Below, in pieces: positions 44,990 through 54,451 of a DNA stretch of 64,000 nucleotides. The stretch is from Achromobacter sp. (lineage in GTDB: Bacteria > Pseudomonadota > Gammaproteobacteria > Burkholderiales > Burkholderiaceae_B). The position numbers and the translations under genes are program-made. The stretch is from positions 3,377 through 67,376 of the forward strand of contig NZ_DAMCTG010000009.1 of the NCBI RefSeq assembly GCF_032113835.1, written 5' to 3'. The notes beneath the pieces were generated by a model, which was given only the letters and a program-made list of their open reading frames with translations, ran no database searches and was not told the origin of the DNA. Numbering within the stretch: the stretch's first letter is position 1; each line of letters starts with the position of its first letter.

Positions 44990-46384
44990 TCAAGGCGCGG
45001 CCGGTTTGATGTTCTGGTTATGCCGGAACAGGTTGTGCGGGTCGTAGCGGGTCTTTACCTGGACCAACCGGTCGAAGTTCTCGCCATAGGCCGCGCCCAC
45101 CCGTGCAGTCTCGTCCTGCGTGAGGAAGTTCACGTAGACGCCGCCTTGCGACCAGGGCTCGGTGGCCTTGAAGATGTCGCGTGCCCAGGCGATGCACCGT
45201 TCATCGTCTTTCGGATCGTCCCAGCGTCCGTGCACGTTCATGGCGAATTGCGCGGACCGGTGCGGATACGCGGTGGCGGGCACCGGCACCTGCATCGCCG
45301 CGCCGGCGATGTGGCCAAAGAAGATCTCGCACTGTGGCGACGGCACGTTCTGGACTGCTGACACGACGGCGTCGATCAGGCCGTCGTCCAACTCCCCGAT
45401 GTTGTGGGACTTCCAGTAGTTGCGCGCGCCGGGCGTGAGCAACGGATCGAACGCCTTCTGCCAGGCCGCGTAGGGCATCGGCCCAAGGTGTTCGCCGTAG
45501 GGTTCGCCCAGACCGCGCACCACTTGCAGGGCGTCCGGCCCCTTGTCCACGCCGCCCGTGTAGCACGACGCGAAGGCCACGATGGGCTTGCCGTGCACGG
45601 CTTCTGGCAAGAAAGGCAGCGGCGGCGCCTGGCGCAGCACGGCCCACACGGTGAGTTCCGGCGGCATGGTCTTTAGCGCGTCGCGGTATCGCGCCAGCGC
45701 CTCGCGGCCCTGTTCCAGCGGCACCACCACCAATCCGCCATAGACCTCGGGACCCACGGGATGCAGCCGGAATTCGAACATCGTGACCACGCCGAAATTG
45801 CCGCCGCCCCCGCGCAGCGCCCAGAACAGGTCCGGGTTTTCGGAGTCACTGGCGTGCAGCAGTTGGCCGTCCGCCGTGACGACATCGGCAGACACCAGAT
45901 TGTCGATGGTCATGCCGAACCGGCGCGTCAGCCAGCCGAAACCGCCTCCCAACGTCAGGCCGGCCACGCCGGTCGTGGAATTGATGCCCAAGGGAACGGC
46001 CAGGCCAAACGCCTGCGCTTCGTGGTCGAAATCGGACAGGGTGGCGCCGGGCTCCACGAACGCCCTGGCGCGCGCGGGGTCGATGCGCACCGATTTCATG
46101 GGTGACAGGTCGATCATCATGCCGTCATCGCATACGGCGGTGCCTGCGATGTTGTGGCCGCCGCCGCGCACGGAAATGACCAACTGATTCTCACGCGCGT
46201 AATCCACGGCGCGGCGCACGTCGGCGGGACCCGCGCATCGCGCGATGACGGCGGGCCGCCGGTCTACCGTGGCGTTCCAGATCTTGCGGGCCTCGTCGTA
46301 ACCGGCGTCGCCCGCAGTCAGGATATGGCCCCGGGCAGAGGCGCGCAGATTTTCCAAGGTGCTGCTGGACAGTTTGTTCATCAC
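44990..46384 (-). CDS. FAD-binding oxidoreductase (FAD_binding_4 / BBE-like)
   Basis: PAVIARCAGPADVRRAVDYARENQLVISVRGGGHNIAG is the PCMH-type FAD-binding signature. The C-terminal YVNF ... RLVQVKTRYDPHNLFRHNQNI is the BBE-like tail. Confidence 0.9.
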   Translation of the reverse strand: MMNKLSSSTLENLRASARGHILTAGDAGYDEARKIWNATVDRRPAVIARCAGPADVRRAVDYARENQLVISVRGGGHNIAGTAVCDDGMMIDLSPMKSVRIDPARARAFVEPGATLSDFDHEAQAFGLAVPLGINSTTGVAGLTLGGGFGWLTRRFGMTIDNLVSADVVTADGQLLHASDSENPDLFWALRGGGGNFGVVTMFEFRLHPVGPEVYGGLVVVPLEQGREALARYRDALKTMPPELTVWAVLRQAPPLPFLPEAVHGKPIVAFASCYTGGVDKGPDALQVVRGLGEPYGEHLGPMPYAAWQKAFDPLLTPGARNYWKSHNIGELDDGLIDAVVSAVQNVPSPQCEIFFGHIAGAAMQVPVPATAYPHRSAQFAMNVHGRWDDPKDDERCIAWARDIFKATEPWSQGGVYVNFLTQDETARVGAAYGENFDRLVQVKTRYDPHNLFRHNQNIKPAAP

Positions 46385-46607
46385 ACATCTCCTCGAAGGC
46401 GATGCATTTACAAACAGCGTCTAAAGCAAGCCGTCTATCTGCTTGAGCGCGACATGGGATTTGTCTCCTTGAAAAAGGGGCCATGACCCTGTGCACATGA
46501 ATGCCCGGCGAACGCCGCGCGGGGGGAAGGCGGCAGACGCCCTGTGCCGTGCGCCGGAGCGTGCGTGATGGGGAAAAGTATAGGCCTTTGACCGCGCGGG
46601 CAGGGGT

Positions 46608-46847
46608 CTACGGATCGTTTTTAAGGACGCCGCGTATGTTGAGGACCGCCAGGCCCAGTTGCAGCGCAATAAGCGCCCAGGCGTCATCGTGCAAGCCCCA
46701 CGCCACCCACAGCACGTTGCTGGCGAGGAAAACCCAGAAACCCGCGTTGCGGCGCCCGGCGCTGCGCGACGCGACCAGCCAGGCGGCGGCAAGCGACGCC
46801 GCCATGGCCGGCCACTGCAGGAAGTCCCACAACGCATCCAGCGTCAT
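46608..46847 (-). CDS. Small membrane protein (2-3 TM)
   Basis: 79 aa, hydrophobic and Trp-rich (WPAMAASLAAAWLVA, FWVFLASNVLWVAWGL, ALIALQLGLAVLNI). Confidence 0.55.
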   Translation of the reverse strand: MTLDALWDFLQWPAMAASLAAAWLVASRSAGRRNAGFWVFLASNVLWVAWGLHDDAWALIALQLGLAVLNIRGVLKNDP

Positions 46848-46881
46848 CGGCTACCGTCCCCGCTCAATCCGCGCGTCGGGG

Positions 46882-47079
46882 TCACGGTTTGGACCGCGCG
46901 CCCTGACCGCGATTGCGCTGGCTCTGCTGGTCCTGGCCAGTGCCGATCTGCGTCGTATGGCCCTCCTTCTTCGTGCGGTTCTGCGTGTCGCCGTGACTCG
47001 CCTGCGACTCGCGGGGCGTGTCGTCCTGGCTGCGGTCGGGCGCGTCCGTTTTGTGCGTGCTGTCCTTGTGTTTAGTCAT
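46882..47079 (-). CDS. Small hydrophilic, stress-protein-like polypeptide
   Basis: 65 aa, rich in K/D/T/Q/H. It has a strong SD (AAGGAG, 6-nt spacer). It lies immediately downstream of the BON-domain gene. Confidence 0.55.
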   Translation of the reverse strand: MTKHKDSTHKTDAPDRSQDDTPRESQASHGDTQNRTKKEGHTTQIGTGQDQQSQRNRGQGARSKP

Positions 47080-47126
47080 GATCTGCTCCTTTGGTCAGGG
47101 TCATCGTGGTTCGTGTCGGGGACCGG

Positions 47127-47870
47127 TCATTCCTTCGCAGTGCCGACGTTTCCGACATTGCCGGCGCTGCCGGGGCCCGAGCTGCTCGCGCCTGAACTCG
47201 AGCCCCCTCCGCCTCCAACGCGGATCCGGTTCTCGACATCGTTCACGCCCGCGCACTCGACCGTGCAATCCTCGACGTGGTATTTGGTGCGCCGATTGGG
47301 CACGGTGCCTTCCAGCACGACATGGCCGTCCAGGACCGCGACCGAAACGTCGCTCACGTCCAGGCCGCTATGGGCCAGCGCTTCGCACACGTTCTCGCGG
47401 ATGCGATCGTCCGAACGGATGTAGCCCTTGGGATCGGTCCGGCGCGATGCGCGATCCCGCCAGGCTGTCGGGCCGCGGTTATAGCCGCCCCGTTCGGCGG
47501 TTTCGAATGACATGGATTCCTCGCGCCACGCGGGGCGGTCGCCGTAGTAACCGCCTTCGTCATCGCCAAAGGACGTGGGACCGTCGTAGGCCTGGTCCCG
47601 GCCGCCGTAGGCGCGGTCGCGGTCGCCATATGCACGGCCGCGCCCCTGGCCTTCATAAACCTGTTGCCGCTGGTACGAAGGATTTTCATTGGAAAACCCG
47701 CCGTAGCTGCTTTGGCCCGGATCGGCACTGCGGCTGCGCACCGGTTCCCGGGTCTCGCGCGTGCCGCCCTGTCGCGTGCCTTCGCCCTGGTAACCGTAAG
47801 ACGGTGCGGGGTCCTGCCACGGTTCCCGGTCGCCGCGATAGTTCGACGAGTTCCTCGGGTCTCTGCTCAT
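47127..47870 (-). CDS. BON-domain protein with low-complexity G/R/Y/D-rich N-terminal region
   Basis: C-terminal BON domain (RIRENVCEALAHSGLDVSDVSVAVLDGHVVLEGTVPNRRTKYHVEDCTVECAGVNDVENRIRV). Start at MSRDPRN with GGGAGAG upstream. The longer track ORF (to 48440) is an extension artefact. Confidence 0.8.
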   Translation of the reverse strand: MSRDPRNSSNYRGDREPWQDPAPSYGYQGEGTRQGGTRETREPVRSRSADPGQSSYGGFSNENPSYQRQQVYEGQGRGRAYGDRDRAYGGRDQAYDGPTSFGDDEGGYYGDRPAWREESMSFETAERGGYNRGPTAWRDRASRRTDPKGYIRSDDRIRENVCEALAHSGLDVSDVSVAVLDGHVVLEGTVPNRRTKYHVEDCTVECAGVNDVENRIRVGGGGGSSSGASSSGPGSAGNVGNVGTAKE

Positions 47871-47971
47871 ATCGTCTCTCCCGTTGCAAGTTGCGAAACA
47901 GGCAGGCCGGACTCGCGTTGAAACTTTGAAACTTTGAAACGCGTGCCCGTGCCCGCCCGCTTCATGCTGGC

Positions 47972-47987
47972 AGCAAGTGCTGTGCCG
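47972..47987 (-). promoter_or_regulatory. Candidate sigma54 (-24/-12) promoter upstream of the BON gene
   Basis: The minus strand reads cGGCACagcacTTGCt, i.e. GG-N10-GC spacing with the GGCAC and TTGC cores, about 100 nt upstream of ATG 47870. Confidence 0.3.
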
Positions 47988-48429
47988 GGCGGAGGCCGGG
48001 CGACCGGCGGCGACGGGTCCACGCTTTATGGCCGATAGGCCAACGTCGGCTGCGGTGCTAAGAATGGGCCATGCGGGCAGAACGCCGTGGCAAGGCCCAA
48101 CAACCGCATCCGGCAACATGACACGACATTCAGGAGATGAATATGGCTTCAGGATCCAGGCTGTCCGATGTAATCGTAAAACTCCCCGATCGCTCCACAT
48201 GCCGCGTAGAACGGCGTTTGATCGCAAGGAGAAGCAAGGAAGCATCCGGCGTCCCCATCTACGTCTGCACCCTGCCCACCGGCGAGCCGGTGACATGGCT
48301 GGGAGGGGGCAAGTACCGCCTGCCATGCGGCTCGGTAGGCGTGGCGGTGGCGCACAAACCACCTGATAGATGAGGCGGCAGGCGGCACGCGGCTTGCTGG
48401 CGGCCCGGGTGTTCAAAGGAGGGATGGAC

Positions 48430-48954
48430 ATGAACGCCATCGAACGGGTCGCCGCTTACATGCACGAACATTCACTGAAGCTGGTGACGGCCGAGTCGTG
48501 CACGGCGGGGCTGATCGCCGCCACGCTTGCGGACATCCCGGGCGCGGGCGCGCTGCTTGACTGTGCATTCGTCGCCTACTCGCCGCAGGCCAAGCAGAAA
48601 TGCCTGGGCGTAGCCCCACGCACGCTGCAACATCACAACCTCACAAGCGAAGCCGTGGCGCGGGAAATGGCGCTGGGCGCGGCCCGCAACAGCCCGGCGA
48701 ATGTCGCGATTTCCAATACGGGCGTCACCGACGATACCGACCCGGAGATTCCCGCCGGCACGCAGTGCTACGCGTGGGTGTTCAAGGCGGGACCGGCAGA
48801 CGCCTCACCCGCGATCTATACCGAGACGGCGCGCTTCGAGGGCGATCGCAATGCCATCCGCCGCGCCAGCGCCGAACACGCCCTGGCGCAGCTGATCGCG
48901 TATCACAAGCAGTGGCAGGATGGCGCCCGCCCCTCCTCGTCCCGATCAGCCTGA
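48430..48954 (+). CDS. CinA-family protein (PncC-like nicotinamide-nucleotide amidohydrolase domain)
   Basis: LKLVTAESCTAGLIAATLADIPGAG is the CinA C-terminal-domain signature. AAGGAGG lies upstream; the start is either 48424 or 48430. Confidence 0.8.
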   Translation: MNAIERVAAYMHEHSLKLVTAESCTAGLIAATLADIPGAGALLDCAFVAYSPQAKQKCLGVAPRTLQHHNLTSEAVAREMALGAARNSPANVAISNTGVTDDTDPEIPAGTQCYAWVFKAGPADASPAIYTETARFEGDRNAIRRASAEHALAQLIAYHKQWQDGARPSSSRSA

Positions 48955-49634
48955 GCACCGGCGCCGTCCGGCCCGGTGTCCCACCCCATGCGCAGCGCGG
49001 TCGCGAATCCGCCTTCGACGCGCGAGTATGGCCGAGCGCTTGTACTGACGCGCGGCAGGCAGGACCATGCGATGTGCGCCCCGCCGGCTTCCAGCTTGTC
49101 GACCAGGGCCTGGTCCTCGCTACACGTGAGCGCCGCAAATCCGCCGATGCGCCGGTACGTGTGCGCGGCGATGCCCAGGTTTGCGCCATGCACGTGCCGG
49201 TGACCGTCGCGGTCGTGGTAGTGCGCGGCGAACACCTGGCGGGCGCGCTGCGCAAACTCGCCATGCGCATCCCAGCCCGTGACCGATACCGTGCCGCACA
49301 CCACTTCCGCATTCAGTGAAAGCTGGTCGGCCAGCCAGCCGGGCGACACGCTGGTGTCGGCGTCGGTGAAGGCAAGCCAGCGCGCGCCGGCATTGAGCAG
49401 ATGTTGCGCGCCCGCCCCGCGCGCCACGCCGACGTTGCGCGCCTGGACCATCAGAAGATCCACCGGCCAGCCCGTCGCAAGGCGCGCCGTCTCATCCTCG
49501 CAGTGATCCAGCACCACGACGATACGAACCGATTCCCGGCCAAGACGCGGATGGCGGGATGCGCGCATGACGGCTCGCAGGCACTCTTTGATGTGGCGCT
49601 CCTCGTTGTGCGCCGGAATGCATACGCCGATCAT
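48903..49634 (-). CDS. Family 2 glycosyltransferase
   Basis: IGVCIPAHNEERHI ... VVVLDHCEDET ... FTDADT (DxD) matches the GT2 pattern. Confidence 0.85.
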   Translation of the reverse strand: MIGVCIPAHNEERHIKECLRAVMRASRHPRLGRESVRIVVVLDHCEDETARLATGWPVDLLMVQARNVGVARGAGAQHLLNAGARWLAFTDADTSVSPGWLADQLSLNAEVVCGTVSVTGWDAHGEFAQRARQVFAAHYHDRDGHRHVHGANLGIAAHTYRRIGGFAALTCSEDQALVDKLEAGGAHIAWSCLPRVSTSARPYSRVEGGFATALRMGWDTGPDGAGAQADRDEEGRAPSCHCL

Positions 49635-50236
49635 GAAGGGCTTCCTTGTTGGGGTTGTCTGCGCCAGACGTCCAGGCGGAACTCGTCTTCTACGTGATGC
49701 ACGCGGCGCGATAGCCCGGGCAACGCGCCGATGGCCGCGTGCAGCGCGTCCGTGTTCTGGAGACGGTCATCGAAATCCGGCCGCCAATGGCAGGCCACGA
49801 TCTCGCCATCCTGCGCAAGCGATGCATCGACGGCGCTCAGAAACCTGCACAGCGCGACGCCATCCAGGTAATACGCCACCTCCGACAGCACGATGAGGTC
49901 AAAGCCGCCCGCCGGGGTCTCGGGCCACTGCCGTGGCAGGTCCAGCGACAGGACTTGCACGTGGTCCATGCCTTCGCCGGCGACGCGGGCGCGGCAACGC
50001 TCGGCCGCGACCGGCGCGGCGTCAACCGCGCAAACCTGCGCGCAGCGCAGCGCCAGGCACCGGGTCAGCTCCCCCGTGCCGCAACCCGGCTCGAAGGCAT
50101 GGCGATACTGTTCGCGGCCCAGGGCCGCCAGCAGCAGGCCGCGCTTGCGGCGTTCGTACCAGGCGCTGGCCACGCGCCACGGGTCGGGATCCGCCTGGTA
50201 CAGCCGTTCGAAATGGTCCGCGGCTACAGAGTCCAT
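49631..50236 (-). CDS. SAM-dependent methyltransferase (NodS-like)
   Basis: DPWRVASAWYERRK ... FEPGCGTGELTRCLA (motif I) ... DLIVLSEVAYYL. The start MDSVAADH at 50236 overlaps the upstream gene by 13 nt. The stop overlaps the GT2 start by 4 nt. Confidence 0.85.
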   Translation of the reverse strand: MDSVAADHFERLYQADPDPWRVASAWYERRKRGLLLAALGREQYRHAFEPGCGTGELTRCLALRCAQVCAVDAAPVAAERCRARVAGEGMDHVQVLSLDLPRQWPETPAGGFDLIVLSEVAYYLDGVALCRFLSAVDASLAQDGEIVACHWRPDFDDRLQNTDALHAAIGALPGLSRRVHHVEDEFRLDVWRRQPQQGSPS

Positions 50237-51264
50237 GGCGCACCTTCGTCGCTGAGCACCGCTTGCCCATGTGCGGCCTGGTCGCGCTCCGCATGGCTCT
50301 GCCGGATGAACACGGGCAGGTCGGCCATCACCTGCGCAAAGTCCGCGTCGCGGCACAACGGCCCCGCGCCCAACGCCCGCGCGGCCCGCTCCAGCACCAC
50401 GGACGCAGCCGCTTCCACGGCCAGGCGCGCGCGGGCGCAGGCCAACGCGCACGCCTCCCGCGGATGCGCGTCGATCTCGGCGGCAGTCTCGCGCAACACG
50501 GCCCGAGCCTGCGCCAGGGCCACGTCGACGGCGCCAAGATGCGCCAGGCGATGGGGGTCGGCGGCATTCCTGGGCAAGGCCCGGTGCAACGCCTGGGCGA
50601 TGTGCAGCAGCCCGCCGTACCAGCAAGCCGCGATGCCCGCCCCGCCGTGCAGAAAACCGGGGCGATGCACGTACGCGCCCGGCCCGCCCACGAGCGAGCA
50701 GGGCACGTCGCGAAAGATCACGTCCACGCTGGCCGACGCGCGCATGCCCACGGCATGCCAGCCGGCATCGGTCACCTGTACGCCCTCCTGATCCATTGCC
50801 ACCGCAGCCAGACACGCCTCGCCCGCCGGATTCCAGCCGCTCACGATCGCGTGGGTCACGGCCGCCGCGCCGGAACACCACGCCTTGACGCCCTGCAGCA
50901 CTATCGTGCCGTCGGGCTGCGGCGTGATCTGCACGCGATGGTCCGGCGGCTCCGCGCACCACACCGCCCAGCGGCTGTCGGCGGGTGCGCCGGGCGCATG
51001 CAGCTCGGCCAGAATGGCGAGCGCATCGGTGTGTCCTTCATACAGCTTGGCCAGACTCAGGTCTGCCGCAGCCACGCGGGCCAGCGCGCGCCATCGATCC
51101 AGAGTTCGGCCGGACGCCGGCAGGGGAAGTTGATCGCATCCCTGCTCTACAAGGACGCGCAGCCATCGCCCGGGATCCAACGGCGCGTGGGTGTGGGATA
51201 GCACCTCATTCAATTGCTGGGGCGCGGAATGCCGTTGAGGTGACGGGTCTGGACGTTCGGTCAT
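50224..51264 (-). CDS. Acyl-CoA dehydrogenase-fold protein
   Basis: Middle beta-domain and C-terminal helical-domain patterns are present (LQGVKAWCSGAAAVTHAIV ... WHAVGMRASASVDVIF ... GGAGIAACWYG). Start at MTERP. Confidence 0.7.
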   Translation of the reverse strand: MTERPDPSPQRHSAPQQLNEVLSHTHAPLDPGRWLRVLVEQGCDQLPLPASGRTLDRWRALARVAAADLSLAKLYEGHTDALAILAELHAPGAPADSRWAVWCAEPPDHRVQITPQPDGTIVLQGVKAWCSGAAAVTHAIVSGWNPAGEACLAAVAMDQEGVQVTDAGWHAVGMRASASVDVIFRDVPCSLVGGPGAYVHRPGFLHGGAGIAACWYGGLLHIAQALHRALPRNAADPHRLAHLGAVDVALAQARAVLRETAAEIDAHPREACALACARARLAVEAAASVVLERAARALGAGPLCRDADFAQVMADLPVFIRQSHAERDQAAHGQAVLSDEGAPWTL

Positions 51265-51321
51265 GGTGTCGCGTACATGCTGCAGTGGGACTTCGACCCC
51301 ATACAGCAAGCGCCGTGCCCA

Positions 51322-51993
51322 TCACCGCGCGGGCGGCTTCCACCCCAAGGGCAATGCATCGCCCTCCACGCATGCGACCAACGACGCCCCCTGCCCGCCT
51401 TGCACCGCATGGCCTCCGGTGAAATCGGAGAACGCCGGCAGCACGGTGATGCCGGCGCGCAGCCAGAACGCGGGCCAGCTACGCGGCACGCCCGGCACGC
51501 GCGTTTTCGGATGCACGTGTCCGGCGATGACATGCCGGCCCTGTGTGTCCGGCGTCGGCAGATGGCGAAACAGGAATGGACCGTCGGCCCACGCCTCGCC
51601 CAGCTGGCGCATGCCCAGCGCCGGGGCGTCCAGCGCACGGTCGTGGTTGCCGGCCAGCACCGCCACATCCACGTCCGGATTCGCCTCGCGCCACGCGATC
51701 CAGGCATCGCGCCACGCGGCCTGCGCGGCGGGGCCGTGCAGGACGTCGCCGACGATCAGCAATTCGGTGGCGGCCGTGGTGGAGATCAGGTCCGACAGGC
51801 GCCGCAGGTCGTCCATGGTGGCGCCTCGCGGCACGGCGATGCCCGCCTGGCGAAAGACATGGCTCTTGCCCAGGTGCAAATCCGCGATCACCAGCCGGGA
51901 CCGCGCCGGCCAGTGCAAGGCGCGCGCGCCCAGCAGGACGACGGGCTCGCCCGCCAGCGCCATCGCAAGCCCCGCCTCAGGCGATTCGCGCAT
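51322..51993 (-). CDS. pdeM: Ligase-associated DNA damage response endonuclease PdeM (metallophosphoesterase)
   Basis: IADLHLGKSHVFR, VGDVLHG, LAGNHD, GHVHP metallophosphatase motifs. It sits directly downstream of the Lhr-like helicase with a 17-nt overlap. Confidence 0.85.
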   Translation of the reverse strand: MRESPEAGLAMALAGEPVVLLGARALHWPARSRLVIADLHLGKSHVFRQAGIAVPRGATMDDLRRLSDLISTTAATELLIVGDVLHGPAAQAAWRDAWIAWREANPDVDVAVLAGNHDRALDAPALGMRQLGEAWADGPFLFRHLPTPDTQGRHVIAGHVHPKTRVPGVPRSWPAFWLRAGITVLPAFSDFTGGHAVQGGQGASLVACVEGDALPLGWKPPAR

Positions 51994-54451
51994 AGCGCTT
52001 CTCCAGTTGCTCGGCGGCGCGTTTGACGCGCGCCTGCCAGGTTTCGGTGCTGAGCTGCCCGCGCAGGCTTTCCGTCCATAACGGAAACGACAGCGGCGTC
52101 AGCGCGCGCGGCTCGCACAAGGCCAGCTCACGCCGCTGGCAGTCCTGCAGCGCCGCCAGGAGGCGCGGCGCCTCCAGTTGCAGCTCGAAGACTTCACGCT
52201 CGGCCTGCGCCAGCAGCAGATGGTCGGGATCGTAGCGGCGCAGCACGTCGTAGAGCAGCCCGCTGGAGGCCTGCACCTGCCGCAGCGAACGCGCCGCCTG
52301 ACCCGGCAGCGACGGCGTCAGAAGACCGGCGACGCGTGCAATCTCGCGGAACTGGCGGCGCGCCATTTCGCCCAGGTTGACGCCATCGCGCAGGTCGTCG
52401 GCCATGTTGTCGGGACTGAGCAGCGCGCGCAGCAACGTGCCGTCCAGCGCGGCCGGTTCGGCCAGCGTCAGCATCAGGCCGTAATCGTTGACGGTATAGG
52501 AGATGGTGTTGGGCTGGCGCCGGCCCCAACGCAGCGCGACCATCGCGGCGATGCCTTCGTGCACGGCACGGCCAGCGAACGGAAACAGGAAGAGATGCGA
52601 GCCGCGCCGCGTCTTGATGAGTTCGGCGACCAGCCGGCCGTGGTCGGGCAACGCGCTGGCCTGCTCCTGGATGCGCAGCAGCGGCGCGACGGCGCGCATT
52701 TCCGGGTGTTCGCCCGGATGGGAATACAGGCTTTCGACCTCGCTCGCCAGTTGCGTGGACAAGGGCATGCGGCCGCCCTGCCACGTGGCAACAGGGCCAT
52801 CGCCGCCCTTTGCGCGGCGCACGTAGGCGACCATGCCTTCCAGCCGCACCAGTTCCAGCGTGCGGCCCGCAAACTGGAACCGGTCGCCGCGGCGCAAGCG
52901 CGCCAGAAAGCCTTCCTCGACCGACCCGAGGCTGCCGCCCCGCAGATACTTCACGGCCACCGCGCCGTCCGACGTGATGGTGCCGATGGACAGCCGATGC
53001 CGGAACGCGATGCGCCGGTCGTGCACGCGGTAGCAGCCGTCTTCGTCGCGCACGACGCGGTGATAGTCCGGATACTTTGCGAGCGCGCGTCCGCCCTGCA
53101 CGATGAAGTCCAGCACGGCCTGCCAGGTTGCGGCGTCGAGCGTGGCGTAGGCGTGCGTGCCGCGCACCTCCTCAAACAGTTCGCCGGCGTCGAACCCGCC
53201 GCCCAACGCCAGCGTCACGGCGTGCTGCGCCAGCACGTCCAGGCTGCCGATGGGCGGCGGGCGGGATTCGATCTCGCCCCGCGCGATCGCCTGCCGGGCC
53301 GCGGCATATTCGATCAGTTCCAGCGCCTGCGCAGGCACGCAGACCACGTTGCCGGATTCGCCCGGCCGGTGCTTGGCGCGGCCGGCGCGCTGCAACAGAC
53401 GCGCCACGCCCTTCGGGCTGCCGATCTGCAGCACCTGGTCCACCGCGGGGAAATCCACGCCCAGATCCAGACTGGACGTGGCCACCACGCAGCGCACCGT
53501 GCCATCGCGCAGCCCTTGCTCAACTGTGGCGCGCAGCTTGGGATCCAGCGAGCCGTGATGCAGCGCCAGCGTGCGCGGGTCCTCCGGCCAGATCGATTCG
53601 AGCGCGCGATGCCACAGTTCGGCCTGCGCGCGCGTGTTGGTAAAGAGCAGCGTTGCGCGCACGTCGAAAAGACGCTTGAAGACGCGTTCGAGCTGCGAGA
53701 GCCCCAGGTGGCCCGCCCACGGCAGCGCCCGGCTGCGTTCCGGCAGCAAGGTGGAGATCTGGATCTTGCGCGGCTTGGCGCCCGCCACCAGCGCGCTGTC
53801 CGGCGCCTGCGGCAGCAGCACCGCGCGGGCCTCATCCAGGTTGCCGAGCGTGGCCGACAGCCCCCACGTGCGCGCGGCCGGCGACAGCTTGCGGACCCGC
53901 GCCAGACATAACTGCAACAGCACGCCACGCTTGTTGCCCAGGAGTTCGTGCCATTCGTCGACCACGATGCTGCGCAAGGCGCGAAAGCGCAGCGAGGCAT
54001 CCGCGTAGGACAGCAACAGCGCCAGCGATTCGGGCGTGATCACCAGCACGTGCGCCTTGCCCTGCCGGGCCAACCGCTTGTCGCGCGCGCTGGCATCGCC
54101 CGTGCGCAACGCGACGGTCCAGTCGATGCCCAGATCGCTGGCCGTCTGCGCCAACGCCCGCGTCGTATCCGCGGCCAGCGCGCGCAGCGGCGTGACCCAC
54201 AGCACGCGCGGACCCTCGCCCGTGGCCGCTTTTTCCGGCATGACTTTGGTGGCGCCTTCATGCAGCGCCTCGAGCAACGGGCCGCCAAATGCCGCCAGCG
54301 TCTTGCCGCTGCCGGTCGGCGTATGCAACAGGCCCGACTCGCCGTCCAGATAGCGGCGCCACGTCTCGCGTTGAAAAGGTGCGGGCTTCCAGCCGCGCGC
54401 CGCGAACCACGCGACCAGCGGCGCATCGCGGCCCCGGGCCGTGCCGCTCAT
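51977..54451 (-). CDS. Ligase-associated DNA damage response DEXH-box helicase (Lhr-like)
   Basis: Motif I HTPTGSGKTLAAF, motif II VVDEWHEL, motif VI QRAGRAKHRPG. 824 aa with the Lhr-type C-terminal extension. Confidence 0.9.
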   Translation of the reverse strand: MSGTARGRDAPLVAWFAARGWKPAPFQRETWRRYLDGESGLLHTPTGSGKTLAAFGGPLLEALHEGATKVMPEKAATGEGPRVLWVTPLRALAADTTRALAQTASDLGIDWTVALRTGDASARDKRLARQGKAHVLVITPESLALLLSYADASLRFRALRSIVVDEWHELLGNKRGVLLQLCLARVRKLSPAARTWGLSATLGNLDEARAVLLPQAPDSALVAGAKPRKIQISTLLPERSRALPWAGHLGLSQLERVFKRLFDVRATLLFTNTRAQAELWHRALESIWPEDPRTLALHHGSLDPKLRATVEQGLRDGTVRCVVATSSLDLGVDFPAVDQVLQIGSPKGVARLLQRAGRAKHRPGESGNVVCVPAQALELIEYAAARQAIARGEIESRPPPIGSLDVLAQHAVTLALGGGFDAGELFEEVRGTHAYATLDAATWQAVLDFIVQGGRALAKYPDYHRVVRDEDGCYRVHDRRIAFRHRLSIGTITSDGAVAVKYLRGGSLGSVEEGFLARLRRGDRFQFAGRTLELVRLEGMVAYVRRAKGGDGPVATWQGGRMPLSTQLASEVESLYSHPGEHPEMRAVAPLLRIQEQASALPDHGRLVAELIKTRRGSHLFLFPFAGRAVHEGIAAMVALRWGRRQPNTISYTVNDYGLMLTLAEPAALDGTLLRALLSPDNMADDLRDGVNLGEMARRQFREIARVAGLLTPSLPGQAARSLRQVQASSGLLYDVLRRYDPDHLLLAQAEREVFELQLEAPRLLAALQDCQRRELALCEPRALTPLSFPLWTESLRGQLSTETWQARVKRAAEQLEKRYARIA

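Noticed and set aside
52178-53911. 577-aa plus-strand ORF opposite the Lhr-like helicase (also 53128-53643, 53948-54490 and 54289-55080)
   Set aside because: Antisense shadow ORFs. The minus strand carries helicase motifs I, II and VI and the ligase KxDG motif.
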